A program made the translations under genes and the position numbers. Below, piece after piece: positions 26,397-52,690 of a stretch of DNA of 64,000 bases; position 1 is the first letter of the stretch, and the number at the start of each line of letters is the position of its first letter. This DNA comes from Amoebidium appalachense. Its lineage: Eukaryota; Protista; Ichthyosporea. The notes under the pieces are model-generated. The model saw nothing but the letters and a program-made list of their open reading frames with translations, did not search any database and was not told where the DNA came from. The stretch covers positions 124,001-188,000 of the forward strand of contig CAVNZM010000011.1 in assembly GCA_963693365.1 (NCBI GenBank), written 5' to 3'.

Positions 26397-27447
26397 CCTC
26401 CCCTCACTCACACACACATACGACACAGTGCAGTACACATACACATAGACCACCTTTTCACCAGCCACTTGCAGTAGCTTCCCTTCTCATCCCCCACATC
26501 GACCAAAGCCTTCTCTGCACCTTTGGTGTGTCGTGTTTACTTCCAACCCCCAGGCTCGATGTGCAATTACACCCACCCCGTACACTCTCCCTCTCACCCC
26601 AACTCACCCACTACCCGCAGCTAGTGTCTGTGATCGTGTGGGGGTGCATCAAGGACAAGTGTGAGCCCACTGTGTGCCTGGACCCCTTCAACCAGCACCC
26701 GGAGACCATGGCCGCAGGCGAGTGCAAGGCCACGGGGGTGTACTGTGTGTTCAACAACGGGGGGGCATGCGGGTTTGGGGTATTCTGTGGGCTGTGCTGC
26801 TTCCTGCTTGCCAGTGCCTTCCTTGCAGCCGAGCTGTTCGACAGCAGTCTGGCGCACAACCAGCGCCTACTTGCTATGGTCGAGGTGGGCGCTGGGGCGC
26901 TCTTCTCGTTCCTGTGGTTCGTTTGCTTCTGCTGGCTGGCTGATGCCTGGCGCAAGGAGCAGCATGATTGGGCTGTCAGGATCGTCAACAACAGCCAGGC
27001 CGCTATTGTGTTCTCCTTCTTTGCCATCCTGCTGTGGGTACGTGCACCGGGGGGGGGGGGGGGGGGGGGGGGAGAGGGGACAGGGGGGGAGGGGGGGGGG
27101 AAAGGGTTGAGGTAAAGGCAGGCACTGTGCAATAGGTTATTGGGGGGTGGGGGGGTGGGCAGGCAGACCAAGGGGGCAGACACAGACACATACATGCAGC
27201 ACCACAATGCCAGCGCCGACATGCAGGCAGGCACAGGCCATGTGTCCCGGCAGACCTGCAGATGTGTGCTGCCATGCCCCCCTCCCCACACTCCAGCACC
27301 CTGCACGTGCACCTCAAGCAGACACGCACGTGCTTGCTGACCCTCACACCCCCTCTGCCAGGCTGCTGCGGGCTACCTGGGGTGGATGAAGTTCAACGGC
27401 ACCACGGCATCATATGCAAGCTTCAGCAATGCGGGTGTGTGTGCGTG

Positions 27448-27487
<40 letters not shown>

Positions 27488-28205
27488 GTGCGTGTGTTTG
27501 TGTGTTTGTGCTTGTGTGTGCTTGTGTGCGTGCGCGTACATGTAGTTTTGTTATATGAGTGGGTGGGAAGAAAAACGACAGGTCGCTACCCCTTTGGGAG
27601 GTTTTCACACGTGTGTATGAGCCAATGCATGTGGGGGTCCGAATGTGTGCCGTTGGTAGTGTGTATGTGTCGGGGGGCTTCCGTGGGTATGATGAGCGGC
27701 GGGGGGAGGGTTGGGATGCTATGTGCAAGACAACATGTATGACTGGGCACTGCCGTTTGGTGTGTGTGAGCAGATGTGTTGTATGTGGTATGTGGTGGTG
27801 TGTGTGTCGATGCAGCCTGTTTACTAATGTGTGGGTTTTTTTTGTTTTTGGTTTTTTTGGTTTTTTTTGTTCTCGAAGAGGGGGAGGGGGGGGGGGGGGG
27901 GGGGGGGAACGAGCAGAAGCGTGTGTGCATGTTCACGTCTGTGTGTTTGTGTGGGTGCTTATGTTATGTGTAGGGCAGGAAAAGGAAGGTTAGTCATGAG
28001 AGGAACCAACTGTAAAGAAGGTTACCCCCCGGGGAAGGGGCGAGGGGGGGGGGGGGGGGGGGGGGTTCGTTCTGACAGCGGTGTTGCAGGGTCTGCGTAT
28101 GCACCGTACCAGGGGTCGGACTTTGCCGGCACAGACAGCTTCAATGCAAACCGCTACTCCGTGGCTAACGAGGAGGCATACACCCCACCATCAGGCGCCA
28201 TGTAG
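24959..28205 (+). CDS. SYNGR: Synaptogyrin / MARVEL-domain tetraspan protein (221 aa)
   Basis: Exons 24959-25018, 26621-27037, 27362-27434, 28090-28205: MDPPQEVVQRPSFALRATLW|LVSVIVWGCI...YCVFNNGGACGFGVFCG...LFSFLWFVCFCWLADAW...QAAIVFSFFAILLW|AAAGYLG...YTPPSGAM. Family motifs C-x-FN...AC-x-FG, LWFV-x-FC-x-L and QAAI-x-FSFF present. Confidence 0.93.
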
Positions 28206-28605
28206 CGGCCACACACACACGTGCAAGCACACAACACAGGCACACACAGGCACATAACGTGCATCACAGACACATCCACGCACATAGAAAGAGCTGGTGA
28301 GGCATGCCTGTGCATAGACACTAATCACACGGGCACATAGCACTGATTGTCATTAGAACCGTGCTGTGCCGCGCAGGTTAACATCAGCACAGAGTAGACC
28401 CACATTAGATGTACAGCAAACATAGCAACCAATCACCACACCAATCACATGCATGCACCCACCTAGGCTGTAAGCCATGCACGTGGGCTGCACCTAAATG
28501 CCAATGAGGGTCTAAGCCCCATGGCACCGTGTAAAGTCAATATATATCTAGGGCCACAGTCACTAAGTGCAGCATGTGGTGTCATGCCTGGTGGGTGTTT
28601 TTTTT

Positions 28606-28783
28606 GTGGCCGTGTTTGGGTGTGTGTACATGTGCGTGTGGCCGTGTTTGGGTGTGTGTACATGTGCGTGTGGCCGTGTTTGGGTGTGTGTACATGTGCG
28701 TGTGGCCGTGTTTGGGTGTGTGTGCATGTGCGTGTGGCCGTGTTTTTGAGTTTGGGTGTGTGTGCATGTGCGTGTGGCCGTGT
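28606..28783. repeat. 32-bp tandem repeat (GTGGCCGTGTTTGGGTGTGTGTACATGTGCGT), about 6 copies
   Basis: Directly visible. Confidence 0.85.
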
Positions 28784-29440
28784 TCGTGCCTGTGCCGTTG
28801 GGGGTGACTGCGGGGGCCGGGGTTGGGTGGGTGGGTGGGTGGGGGAGTGGGGGGATGGGTGCCACTGGGTGGGCGGGTGGGGTGCCATTGGGTGTGCGGT
28901 TGAGGGAGGATTGTTTTCAGGTCGTTTGTGTCGCAGTTTGGGTGTGTCTGTGTGTCCGTGTATATCCGTGTCCGTGTGTGTGTGTGTCTGTGTGTGTGCG
29001 CGCGAGTGTTGGTGGTGGCGAGGCGCGAGTGTTGGTGGTGGCGACCGTTGGTATGTGTGTGAGTGTACGTGTTTGTCTTGTGGGTGTGTGTAAGAGTGGG
29101 GGGGTAGGCTCAAGGTTGTCTAGAGATGCCATGTGGGCGTGAGTATGAGGGGGTGTTCATGCGTCGTGTGTGTGCATTTGTCTAGGGGCCAGGTCAGCCA
29201 CCTGCAGCTGATACCATTGCTACTTTCAGCTTGTTACGATACTTCGTTACATTGGAGCCACAGTTTACCAATGCAAAGCAAGGCACTGTGATGCCTGGGC
29301 CTTGGTCATACATTCCTGCTTACGTAGCAACCCCACCAACAGGTGGGCAATGGGGTCATGCGCCCAATAGATAAACACCATTTCTGGTATGCCTGGGAGA
29401 TATAGGGGAGATATACGTGTAAATTTAGCGTAAATTTAAG

Positions 29441-43549
<14,109 letters not shown>

Positions 43550-44349
43550 GGTGGCGGTTGCGGCTACCCTGGGGCTGGGTTGGCGCGCATGGCTACAGGC
43601 GGAGTGGTAAGGCGTGTGCACGTGCACAGTGCGCTGTGTTGGTGGGCCAGCGGCAGGCTGAGAAACTGGAACACGGCAAGCTAACTTAGTGGCACGGCAC
43701 GTACCAGGCTGTCCTACTTTCATGAAGGCTGAACTTGAAGGCAGCCTGCAACTAGTAAGCTTGTGTCCCATAGATTTTGGCGGGAACTGATACCATTGGA
43801 TGACGCCGCACCAAAGAGGAATTTACGCAATAGCCAAATATAGGTTATTAAAGCACATTTTGATTGGATAGCGAGCCAGCATCATGCCATCGAGCTGTCG
43901 ACAGCACTCTCACGTGCACACAGCCGAACTTCTATGACCAAACGAAGGCAGAGCAGTCCAGACACAGACACACACAGACACAAAAACACAAAAAGCATAC
44001 ACACACTATTGATTATTGGTTCTGTGGTTTTCTAACTTGTGGTGAATTCTCCCCATTTATTGTACTGAGAACCACGTAGTTGGTCGTTACATTTTAGGAC
44101 GTAGTTGGGCCATGTTTGGTTGGGACACAAATTAGCAAAAGAGTTGTCAGCATTTTATGTTTCTGTCGTATAGAATGCTAATTCAGCACATGCTAAATTC
44201 ATCCAGTTGTTCACGTTACAGCTTGTGGATGCAACCCCATTATTACACGCACCATAGTTATTTCTTTCCTTGTGTTGTTTTGTGTTTCGAGTGGGCAGCA
44301 GACAACATCAAGGTCCCCCACTTATTGTCGTCATTTTTACTTCCTTCAA

Positions 44350-45006
44350 ATGCAGCACTCTCTAGCCCTCCATCCGCCCGACCTTCTTTATCTCATTTTC
44401 TCGCGCCTGGACCCCAGGGACCTCTTTGTGTGCGGCCTGGTGTGCCGTGCCTGGCGCCGTATTGCCTGCAGGGACGTGTTATGGCTGCGGTTCCCAGGCA
44501 CGCGTGAGCACAAATGTGCCATGCTGGACCACGTGACCATTGCCGAGCTGCCTGCGCGCATCCACCAAGACGTCATCCGTGCCACGTGGTACCCCCTAAC
44601 ACACTGCCCACGCCTGTGCCGTAGATGCTTCCAGAGGCCTGCCCGGGGGCCAGACACGTGGTGGGTGGCGCACTGGGAGGAGGCGCTGCACATCTGTGCG
44701 CCATGTGCTGCCCGGCCCGAAAACACGTTTGTGGGGGCCCGGAAGGCAGCACGTGACTATCACGTGGCACGCCCGGAACTCAAGCTGTTGGAGCACGTGA
44801 CTGTGGGCACGGGCAGGCACGTGCAGAGGTTCTACCGTGTGGGGGATCTGCTGCAGGCTGCACGCATGCAAAATGCGCTGCGCAGAGCTATTGGGCGCCG
44901 CAAGAGTGGCAAAAAACGGCGGGTGACGAATTCGAAACCGAAAAAAAATCATCATGGCGTCACACCGAGCTATCAGAAAGAAGGCTACCGAACGACTATG
45001 ATGTGA
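44350..45006 (+). CDS. F-box protein with a Cys4 zinc motif and XPA C-terminal-like domain (218 aa)
   Basis: Intronless ORF. F-box LALHPPDLLYLIFSRLDPRDLFVCGLVCRAWRRIACRDVLW; CRRC...ICAPC; VGARKAARDYHVARPELKLL...QRFYRVGDLLQAA; basic NLS-like RRKSGKKRR. Confidence 0.85.
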   Translation: MQHSLALHPPDLLYLIFSRLDPRDLFVCGLVCRAWRRIACRDVLWLRFPGTREHKCAMLDHVTIAELPARIHQDVIRATWYPLTHCPRLCRRCFQRPARGPDTWWVAHWEEALHICAPCAARPENTFVGARKAARDYHVARPELKLLEHVTVGTGRHVQRFYRVGDLLQAARMQNALRRAIGRRKSGKKRRVTNSKPKKNHHGVTPSYQKEGYRTTMM

Positions 45007-46438
45007 CAGCATCTTAACAGGGGTGTCCACAAGCACCCATATGCACAAATGTGGCACCTTAGTAGTACCGCATGTAACTCCCTGCTATGTGTAGGCCCGC
45101 CATCCTGTGTCCCTTCTTCATTTTCTTCTTGTGATTCCGACAGGCAATGATGATATCCGATGTGGTGCACGTTGGTAACACTTGTGTGCTGGCTGAAGTG
45201 ATGTATATATTCCCAATAGTATAAAACAATAAAAAAGTCGGAATACTAATGCCTACCAATCATGATAACCGGGATGACAACAGTACCCTCCCCCCCTCCC
45301 CCCTCCCCCCCCCCCCCCCCCCCCCCCCCCGGGGGATCCAACCCACACCGCAACCACCACACACGTGCCGCAGTACAATTATTTGCACGCATACAATTAC
45401 CCACCAGACATCGTGAAACGTGAAATTTACTGCTGTGGTTGTTTCTTTGCGGAAGGAAGGAGACCGAGGGGGGGGGGAGGGGGGGGGGCTGAACAAAGGC
45501 CAGGACCAGGCAAAACAACACAAAGATCCCAACTAGCACACATACATTAACAACGAGATGTACACCGTTCTCGACTCAAGCAAACCAATGAAAAAGCTAT
45601 CACAAAACCCTTAGCGGTTAGGAGGCAGAAACCAGGGAGTTATGCTCAATGAGAGGGCAGCATAGTATCCCCTAGACGCACTGCCCTCTCCTGGACCAGA
45701 CATGGTGACGGGTAGCATCATTCCCGCCCCTGTCACGACACGTGTCTGCCCGCTCTCCCCTACCCAGGGTTGCCCCCCCTCCCACCCCCCCCCTACCCGT
45801 GTCTGCCTCCTCTCCCCTACCGAGGCTTCCCCTTCCCCCCCTCCCCCATCCCCCTGTGTCTGCCTAAGCTTCCCACCTCCCTTCCCCCCCCCCCTCAGCT
45901 CTTTGACACTTCCCCCGTTCTCACAACCTTATACCTCAATATTTTGTCAGCAATGTGATATGTGGTTAGGGGCAGGTGAATGCAGGTCCCGCCATCATAG
46001 AAATCGCGTGTGCGAGTGTGTTTGTGTGTGTGCGCGCATATGGTTAGAATGAGGGGGGGGGGTGGGTGGGTGGGTGGGTGGGTGGGGGGGGGGGGGGGAG
46101 GGGGACACTATACACTACGGTGACACTAGTTGAGCAGGGGACAGCATCATGCTGAGCCAACGGCTTTATTGCCCAATGTATGTACAAGCTGCAGGTGGGA
46201 CTAGGCATCGATAAATCACGTGGCGGCACCTATGTCAGGCCACCTGCCACATGTGGGATGCACCAGCCCCTTATATCTGGCCCGGGGCACCCTGGCAGGC
46301 AAGTGCCTCGGGTGCGGCCGCCTCCCAAAGCGAGCCTGCGAGGGCCCTAAGGCCATAGCTAAGTTGCGCCAGCTAGTGGTGCTACAACGGAATGCACTAT
46401 AAATATACACGGGAGTACAGTGAGGGGGTGCCGCACCC

Positions 46439-47821
46439 TTATGCGTGGCTGATGGCCTGGGGCTGGCGGGTGGCCATCTTGTAGGCAATGGCACCGCCCA
46501 CCACTCCCACGGCGCAGGCTGCGGCTGCGCCCAGGCCCATGCTCAGCCTCTCGGCCGTGCCGAGGGTGGCGGGGGCCTCAACCACCTGCTGCACGGCGCT
46601 GCGGCGGCGGCGGTGGTGCTCGGCCTGCAGCAGCTCACGGAACATTTCCTTGTCCATGGCCGCCGTGGCCTCGGGCTCAACCCCACCGTTTGTGGTGGCG
46701 CTTGGTGTCTTGGTGGGCTTGGCCGGCTTGGTGGCCGGGGACTCTCCACTGTCCTCGTCTGTCTCTGTCGGCTCCTCCGTGGGGGTGGCTGGCTCCGTCT
46801 CGGCGGGCTTGGCCGGCTCCTCAGTGGGCTTGGTCGGCTCCTCGGTGGGCGTGGCCGGCTCCGTTTCTGCAGGTTCAGCCGAGGGCTCAGCGGGCTCCGT
46901 GGCAGCGGGCTCTTTGGGGGTCTCCGACACGGGGGCCTCTGTGGGCGTCTTGTCTGCGGCCGGGCCGGTCATTGTGGGTTTGGCGGGCTCCTCAGCAGGG
47001 GTGGTTGCTGCGGCCTCTGCCGACGTCTCGGCTGCGGGCGGCACGGACTCGTCGCTGGGCGCTGCGGCGGTGGTGCCCTTGATCTCCGTGGGCTTAGCCG
47101 CAGCCGTGGTGGCCGGTGCCTCAGCCTCCGACCCAGCCGAAGGTTTGGCCGGGGCCTCTGTGGCTGCAGCCGCAGACGTGGCCGGGGCCTCTGCAGCGGC
47201 TGTGCTGCCGGTGGCAGCAACGCTGGGCACCGGGGCCTGTGTGGCCGCAGCAGCAGACGTGGCCGGGGCCTCGGACGGGGCAGCCGCCGACGTGGCCGGG
47301 ACTGCAGCATCAGCAGGAGCCGACGTGGCAGCGTCGGCGGCAGGGGCCTTCGTGCTTGCAGGGGCATCGGCACCAGCAATGGTGGCGGCAGCCTCGGGTG
47401 CAGCACTGGTGGCGGGGGCGGCCGCGCTCGCAGCCGGTGCCTGCGTGGCTGCCGGGGCTTCCGCCGTTGCAGGGGCCGCCTGGGTGGCGGAGGCGGCAGC
47501 CGTGGTGGCAGGGGCAGCTGCAGTGGCGGTGTCTGCAGCTGGTGCGGATGTCGCAGCTTCAGCAGGGGCCGTGGTGGCGGCTGCCACAGACGACTTGGTG
47601 GTGGCGGGGGCCGTGGCGGCGGCAGGGGCCGTCGCGACGGCAGGGGCCGTGGCGGCTGCAGGGCTGGTGGCGGCGGCAGTGCCAGTGGCGGCAGCAGCGC
47701 CAGTGGCGGCGGCAGCGCCAGTGGCGGCAGCAGCGGCGGTGGAAGCGGCGGCCTGGGCAGTCTCCTGGGCCGAGACGGCAGCCACGGCCGCCAGAAGGGC
47801 AATTAGAGCAGGCGTGCGCAT
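46439..47821 (-). CDS. Ala/Thr/Pro-rich type I membrane (mucin-like) protein, paralog B (460 aa)
   Basis: Single ORF with signal peptide MRTPALIALLAAVAAVSA, AAT/APAT repeats, RRRR-S furin consensus and hydrophobic MGLGAAAACAVGVVGGAIAY segment. The C-terminal ~95 aa are clearly homologous to 20328-21401. Confidence 0.88.
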   Translation of the reverse strand: MRTPALIALLAAVAAVSAQETAQAAASTAAAAATGAAAATGAAAATGTAAATSPAAATAPAVATAPAAATAPATTKSSVAAATTAPAEAATSAPAADTATAAAPATTAAASATQAAPATAEAPAATQAPAASAAAPATSAAPEAAATIAGADAPASTKAPAADAATSAPADAAVPATSAAAPSEAPATSAAAATQAPVPSVAATGSTAAAEAPATSAAAATEAPAKPSAGSEAEAPATTAAAKPTEIKGTTAAAPSDESVPPAAETSAEAAATTPAEEPAKPTMTGPAADKTPTEAPVSETPKEPAATEPAEPSAEPAETEPATPTEEPTKPTEEPAKPAETEPATPTEEPTETDEDSGESPATKPAKPTKTPSATTNGGVEPEATAAMDKEMFRELLQAEHHRRRRSAVQQVVEAPATLGTAERLSMGLGAAAACAVGVVGGAIAYKMATRQPQAISHA

Positions 47822-49005
47822 TGTGACGGGTGGAAACAAGGATGCTGTGTTGGCTGTGTATGTATTGGTGTGTGTCGAGGGCGTGACGTTGGACGAAAAC
47901 ACACAGACCAGAGCAGCACAGAGCACAACAATGAGTGTGAAGATGGCGAGTGTGGAGGTTTTGAACAACCAAATTCCTCGGACACATTCTGACATCCCCT
48001 AGAGCAGACTATGTTTATGGGCAAACCAGGGGGGTTTGAAAAGAAGATGTGCTCCCGATTCCGAATTTCAATATAATAATGTGTTATATGGTCCTTATGG
48101 AACAATGCATAAGGCATTACAACTACTCCTCAATTTATAGCTTAAGTGAGATTTTTTAATTGATGAAATGAGGAATACAGCGATAACTTTTATATTCTTG
48201 CCTATGGTTTAGCTTACACACACCGTCATTGTGGACACACATAGATTCGATATGCACGTACGGCCATATGTACGTACGTACACATGTACTCTCTTTTGCA
48301 TGTTGAATAACTGGCATCCAGACCAGTTGCGAATGCTTCCACTTGAATGGGGTATTTTGTATATTCCTGCCGCCGGCTTCTGCATGTATGGTAGCAAGCT
48401 TCTCACATCCAGAGGTAATCTGGCCCCAGCCATGACAGAAGTTTCAAGCTTCAATTGTCAAATTTTGCTATGATCAGTTCCCCCTATGTTGTCCTAGGGA
48501 GTTAACAGATTTATTCTCTTCTGGTTGCTGATTGGTGGATTTTACGTGGCAATCTACCGCCCACATCAGCAGCTCGGCCAATCAGCGTCGACTTTATGAC
48601 TTCATCATGCGGCACATGGGTGGGTATAAACGGGTTCGAATTTTTGGTTCTTCTATGACTTCCCAAAAGGGCCCAAACGCCCTAACACATTTTTCCGGGA
48701 CTTAGTGCTCAGGCGTTTCTTTCCTTAAATTTTCATTTTTTTTATTAAATTAAATGCTACTGTTGCAATAGCATTCTTTTAACAATGTGCCTGTGGATTC
48801 GCACCTAACTATCTAACAACAAAATCAACCATATAGTCATCATTTCGGACCATGGATGTCCATCAGGTCCCGGCGCCGGCGCTGGTGCCGGCCGTCAGCC
48901 GTTCTCGTCTCATATCAGCCCTTTGGCTCTGTGCAACTGGCCTTCGGCAGATTGAATATGTAACGAGTTGATAAGATGTAATTCCGGGTGCATCCTGTAT
49001 TAGTC

Positions 49006-49104
<99 letters not shown>

Positions 49105-49170
49105 GCGTGTGCGTGTGTGTGTATGTTGTAGAGTGTGTGCGTGTGTGTGTGTGCGTATGTGTGCGTGTGT

Positions 49171-49460
49171 AAGGGATTTTACCGAAAAATTTGACGTACA
49201 GTTTTTTTAAAGTTTTTTTTATGTTTTTTCGTGATCGCTTGACCAGATCACACTGTTATGCTGTTATCTAAACGTGTGTGCACAGGGGGTATAAAAACAC
49301 ACTAACTGAAATTTTGATGCATTTTGGTCGCGCGGTTCCCGAGTTATTGCATTTTTAATTTTTTTGAAACGTGCATAATGTTATGCTCAAACCTGCATAA
49401 CGTTATACAATTTTACTTAGTGAATGTAATTTTGAGTCTGAAATTTCGTTAAAATGCCTT
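49171..49460. mobile_element. Putative MITE (~290 bp) inserted in a (GT)n tract
   Basis: AT-rich block bounded by AAGGGATTTTACCGAAAAATTTGAC and, on the reverse complement, AAGGCATTTTAACGAAATTTCAGAC (19/25 identical). (GT)n flanks both sides. Confidence 0.55.
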
Positions 49461-49501
49461 GTGTGTGTGTGTGCGTGTGTGCGTGTGTGCGTGTGTGCGT
49501 G

Positions 49502-49611
<110 letters not shown>

Positions 49612-49654
49612 TGTGTGTGCCACGGTCTGTGTGCATCGATAGTATTGCGTGGGT

Positions 49655-49695
<41 letters not shown>

Positions 49696-50936
49696 CTCGA
49701 TGGGACGGGTCCTCCTTGATAACATATGGCCTCAATCGCCGGTTCCATTCCCACTTACTACACTGCCCCACACGTTTAGACACACAACGCATGCATGCAC
49801 GAACCGTGCACGTGCCACCTGCAGGTGCTCACGCACACGTGCTCACAGACACTCGTATGTATACATAAACTTTAATAAGGAGCACATGTACATATCCCTG
49901 CAGCACACACACAAGCCTTTTGATGCATGATTTTGTGATGGTGTTTTGTTTTTGCAGCAGTATACTACAGTGTTGTGGCTGCCGCTCGCAAGACAACCCA
50001 GTGGGCAGTGTGCGCACTACACAACCACCTTTCACATCGTTAACGTTGGGGGTATGGGGCTCTGAACAGGGCTTGCATATTTTGTTCACTGGATGTCCGG
50101 GCGTCAAGAGGGGGCGGGGAGGCGCAGGGGAGGCAGGTGAGGCCTTCCCCTGCGCCCAGGGGGGGGGGGGAGGGGGGGAGGGGGGATGAGGGGGGGGGGG
50201 GAGGGGGGGGGATGAGGGGGGCGGGAGGGGGGGGGGGGGGAGAGGGGGCCAATGGACTCTGTGATTGGAGATTTGGGGCAGGGGATTCGATAAAAAGTTT
50301 GGGATATAAGGTTAGGGGATTAAAAGGCTCGTGGTTGGAGGGTTGGAGCGAAAGTAAGGCACCTTTATTAAATGCCGGGCATATGTGTGTGGATTGTGGA
50401 TGGGTGGGGTAAGACCTAGGGTATGTGTGTGCTCGTGTTCCACTGTGTTCAGAAACGGTGGGGCCCGGTCAGTACCTTCAAGACACGTTCTCTCGGGGAG
50501 GGGATATGTGTGGTAGAAACGATTTTTATACAAGTGTGTTATTTGCATCATCCCAGGTTTCTTGTCTGCAAGTTCGGGGGAGTTTCTCCATTCCCCCCCT
50601 CCCCCCCCCTCCCCCCACCCCCACCCTCCCCATCCCTCCCCCAGGAGGCGATGGGAGGGGAGGGGGGGGGGGGGGGGCAGGGCAGGGGGGAGCTGGAGGT
50701 CACGGGATAAGGGGCCCAGGCTGGGAAAAGGGAGGCTGGAGGGGGGCGGGCCGAGGAGGGGGGGGGGGGGGGGATATCGGGTTGATGGGCGGGGAAGCAC
50801 AGGGCTCATCGCTGGTGAAACATCCCGCATGGGGGGGGGGGGGGGGGGGGAAGAGAGAAAGGGGAGAATGGAAGGTGGAGGGAAGGAGGGAGGGAGGTGG
50901 GTTGTGTGCTTGAAGACAAGCCCTGTGTGCCACGGT

Positions 50937-50976
<40 letters not shown>

Positions 50977-51151
50977 GCGGTGTGTGAGTGTGTGTGCGTC
51001 GCACCTATGTGTGTGCGTGTGTAATTTCGTGCTTGGGGGTGTGTGGCCCCACGGTGTCTCTGTGCGCGCGCGTGTGTGTATATGAATTCATTGGGCACGG
51101 TGGTGTGTGTACGTATATATGGTCTGACATGCCATGACTTCATGGTTGTAC

Positions 51152-51200
<49 letters not shown>

Positions 51201-51474
51201 TTGTGTGTGCATTTGTGTATGTGTGCTTTTGTGTGTGCATATGTGCATGCGTGTCTGCAAGCCTGGGTGAGTGCGTACCATACGGTGTGTGTGTGTTGGT
51301 GTATGCGTGTGTATGTGCGGGGCATGTGTTACAGCGTGCACACGGGCGTGCATGTGGGCAAGTGTATTTATATACGTGTGCATGAGTTTGTGTGTGTGTC
51401 GGCGTGTGCGAGTCTGTGTGTGTGCGTGTGTGTGAATGTGTAGACAAAGACACACTAGTTTGTGCATTTGCGTG

Positions 51475-51628
<154 letters not shown>

Positions 51629-51939
51629 GTGCACACGGCTGAAAGCGCTAGCCAACCGCACTTTTCTGGCGCTCAAGAGTTCGATGCCTCGATCGATTTT
51701 CCGTGCTAGTGCTCATCCCTGACGTGTACGGTACCCTCGTCTAGCATCGGGCAATAAGCCAAATAATATTATGATTGTGTTCACAATTTATTGATTTTTG
51801 CGGCACTAATAAATTACCTGTAGGAAAAATGTTTCGAGGCTTTTACAACTCGCTGTCCAGCAGCAAGGTCGTTCACATTGAATCAATGTTTTCGGTTTAA
51901 TTATTGCACTGTACGTGTACACAGTGTTTGAAGGCTTGC

Positions 51940-52389
51940 TTAGCAGCGCACAAACTGGCGCTTGCTGACTGCGTTCTTGCCCTTGTAGTGCAGCACGGTG
52001 TCGTGGTGCAGCACCTTCTTATCGGCCGACAGGTAGCGCACCTCGTCAATGGTGAACATGTCCCTCTTCTCCCTGATCGTGCTGACCAGCTTGCCGTCCT
52101 CATACGCCAGCGTCTTGACAAGGTCGTAGCCAATACCGTCGTCAAAGTACTCGGTGGCCACGGTGCCGCCCAGTGTGAAGGTGACGATCTTGGTGACAAA
52201 CGTGGTGATAGTCTTCTCCGTGAACTGCTCGCCCTGCAGGGTAAATTCAATGTCTACGGCCAGCGACAGCAGCATCTTGCGCTTGATGAAGTTGACCCCC
52301 GCTAGCGTCAGGTGCTCGGCTCCAAGGTCGCCGGAGTTGGCGCGGTCCAGAGAGAACCGGCCGCAGAAATCCTGAACTGAGGTGGCCAT
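51940..52389 (-). CDS. Fatty-acid-binding protein / iLBP-like calycin (149 aa)
   Basis: MATSVQDFCGRFSLDRANS...EHLTLAGVNFIKRKM...TKIVTFTLG...YEDGKLVS...DEVRYL...AVSKRQFVR follows the FABP layout (F-x-G-x-W/F, GV-x-F-x-x-RK helix pair, F-x-LG, DGKL, terminal KR-x-F/Y). Alternative ATG at 52407. Confidence 0.78.
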   Translation of the reverse strand: MATSVQDFCGRFSLDRANSGDLGAEHLTLAGVNFIKRKMLLSLAVDIEFTLQGEQFTEKTITTFVTKIVTFTLGGTVATEYFDDGIGYDLVKTLAYEDGKLVSTIREKRDMFTIDEVRYLSADKKVLHHDTVLHYKGKNAVSKRQFVRC

Positions 52390-52488
52390 CTTGCTTGGGG
52401 TGTACATATGGAGAAACTGGTGTTGTATGCGAGTAAACTGATGCTTTGTCCGAGCCTGTGTGTTGAACTTGGGTGTACCGGTGCCTCC

Positions 52489-52690
52489 TTATATACCTGT
52501 GACATGACCCACCGGTCCGTGCTAGAATGCTTTAACGGGGTTTATCTGATTGGTGCTTGATGCATTTTTGCTCGCTTTCGGAGTCAGGGTTCCTCACGTG
52601 AAGGTCAAATCGTATGTCTATTGGAGCGTAGTCACATTCATCAAATACCTAGACAAAGGAGTATTCTAATTGGAAATGCAATCGCCAATC
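52489..52690 (-). promoter_or_regulatory. TATA box, CCAAT boxes and E-box upstream of the FABP-like gene
   Basis: TATATAA at 52495-52489 on the minus strand, CTGATTGG at about 52546, palindromic CCTCACGTGAAGG at about 52592, further ATTGG/CCAAT at about 52620-52690. Confidence 0.5.
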
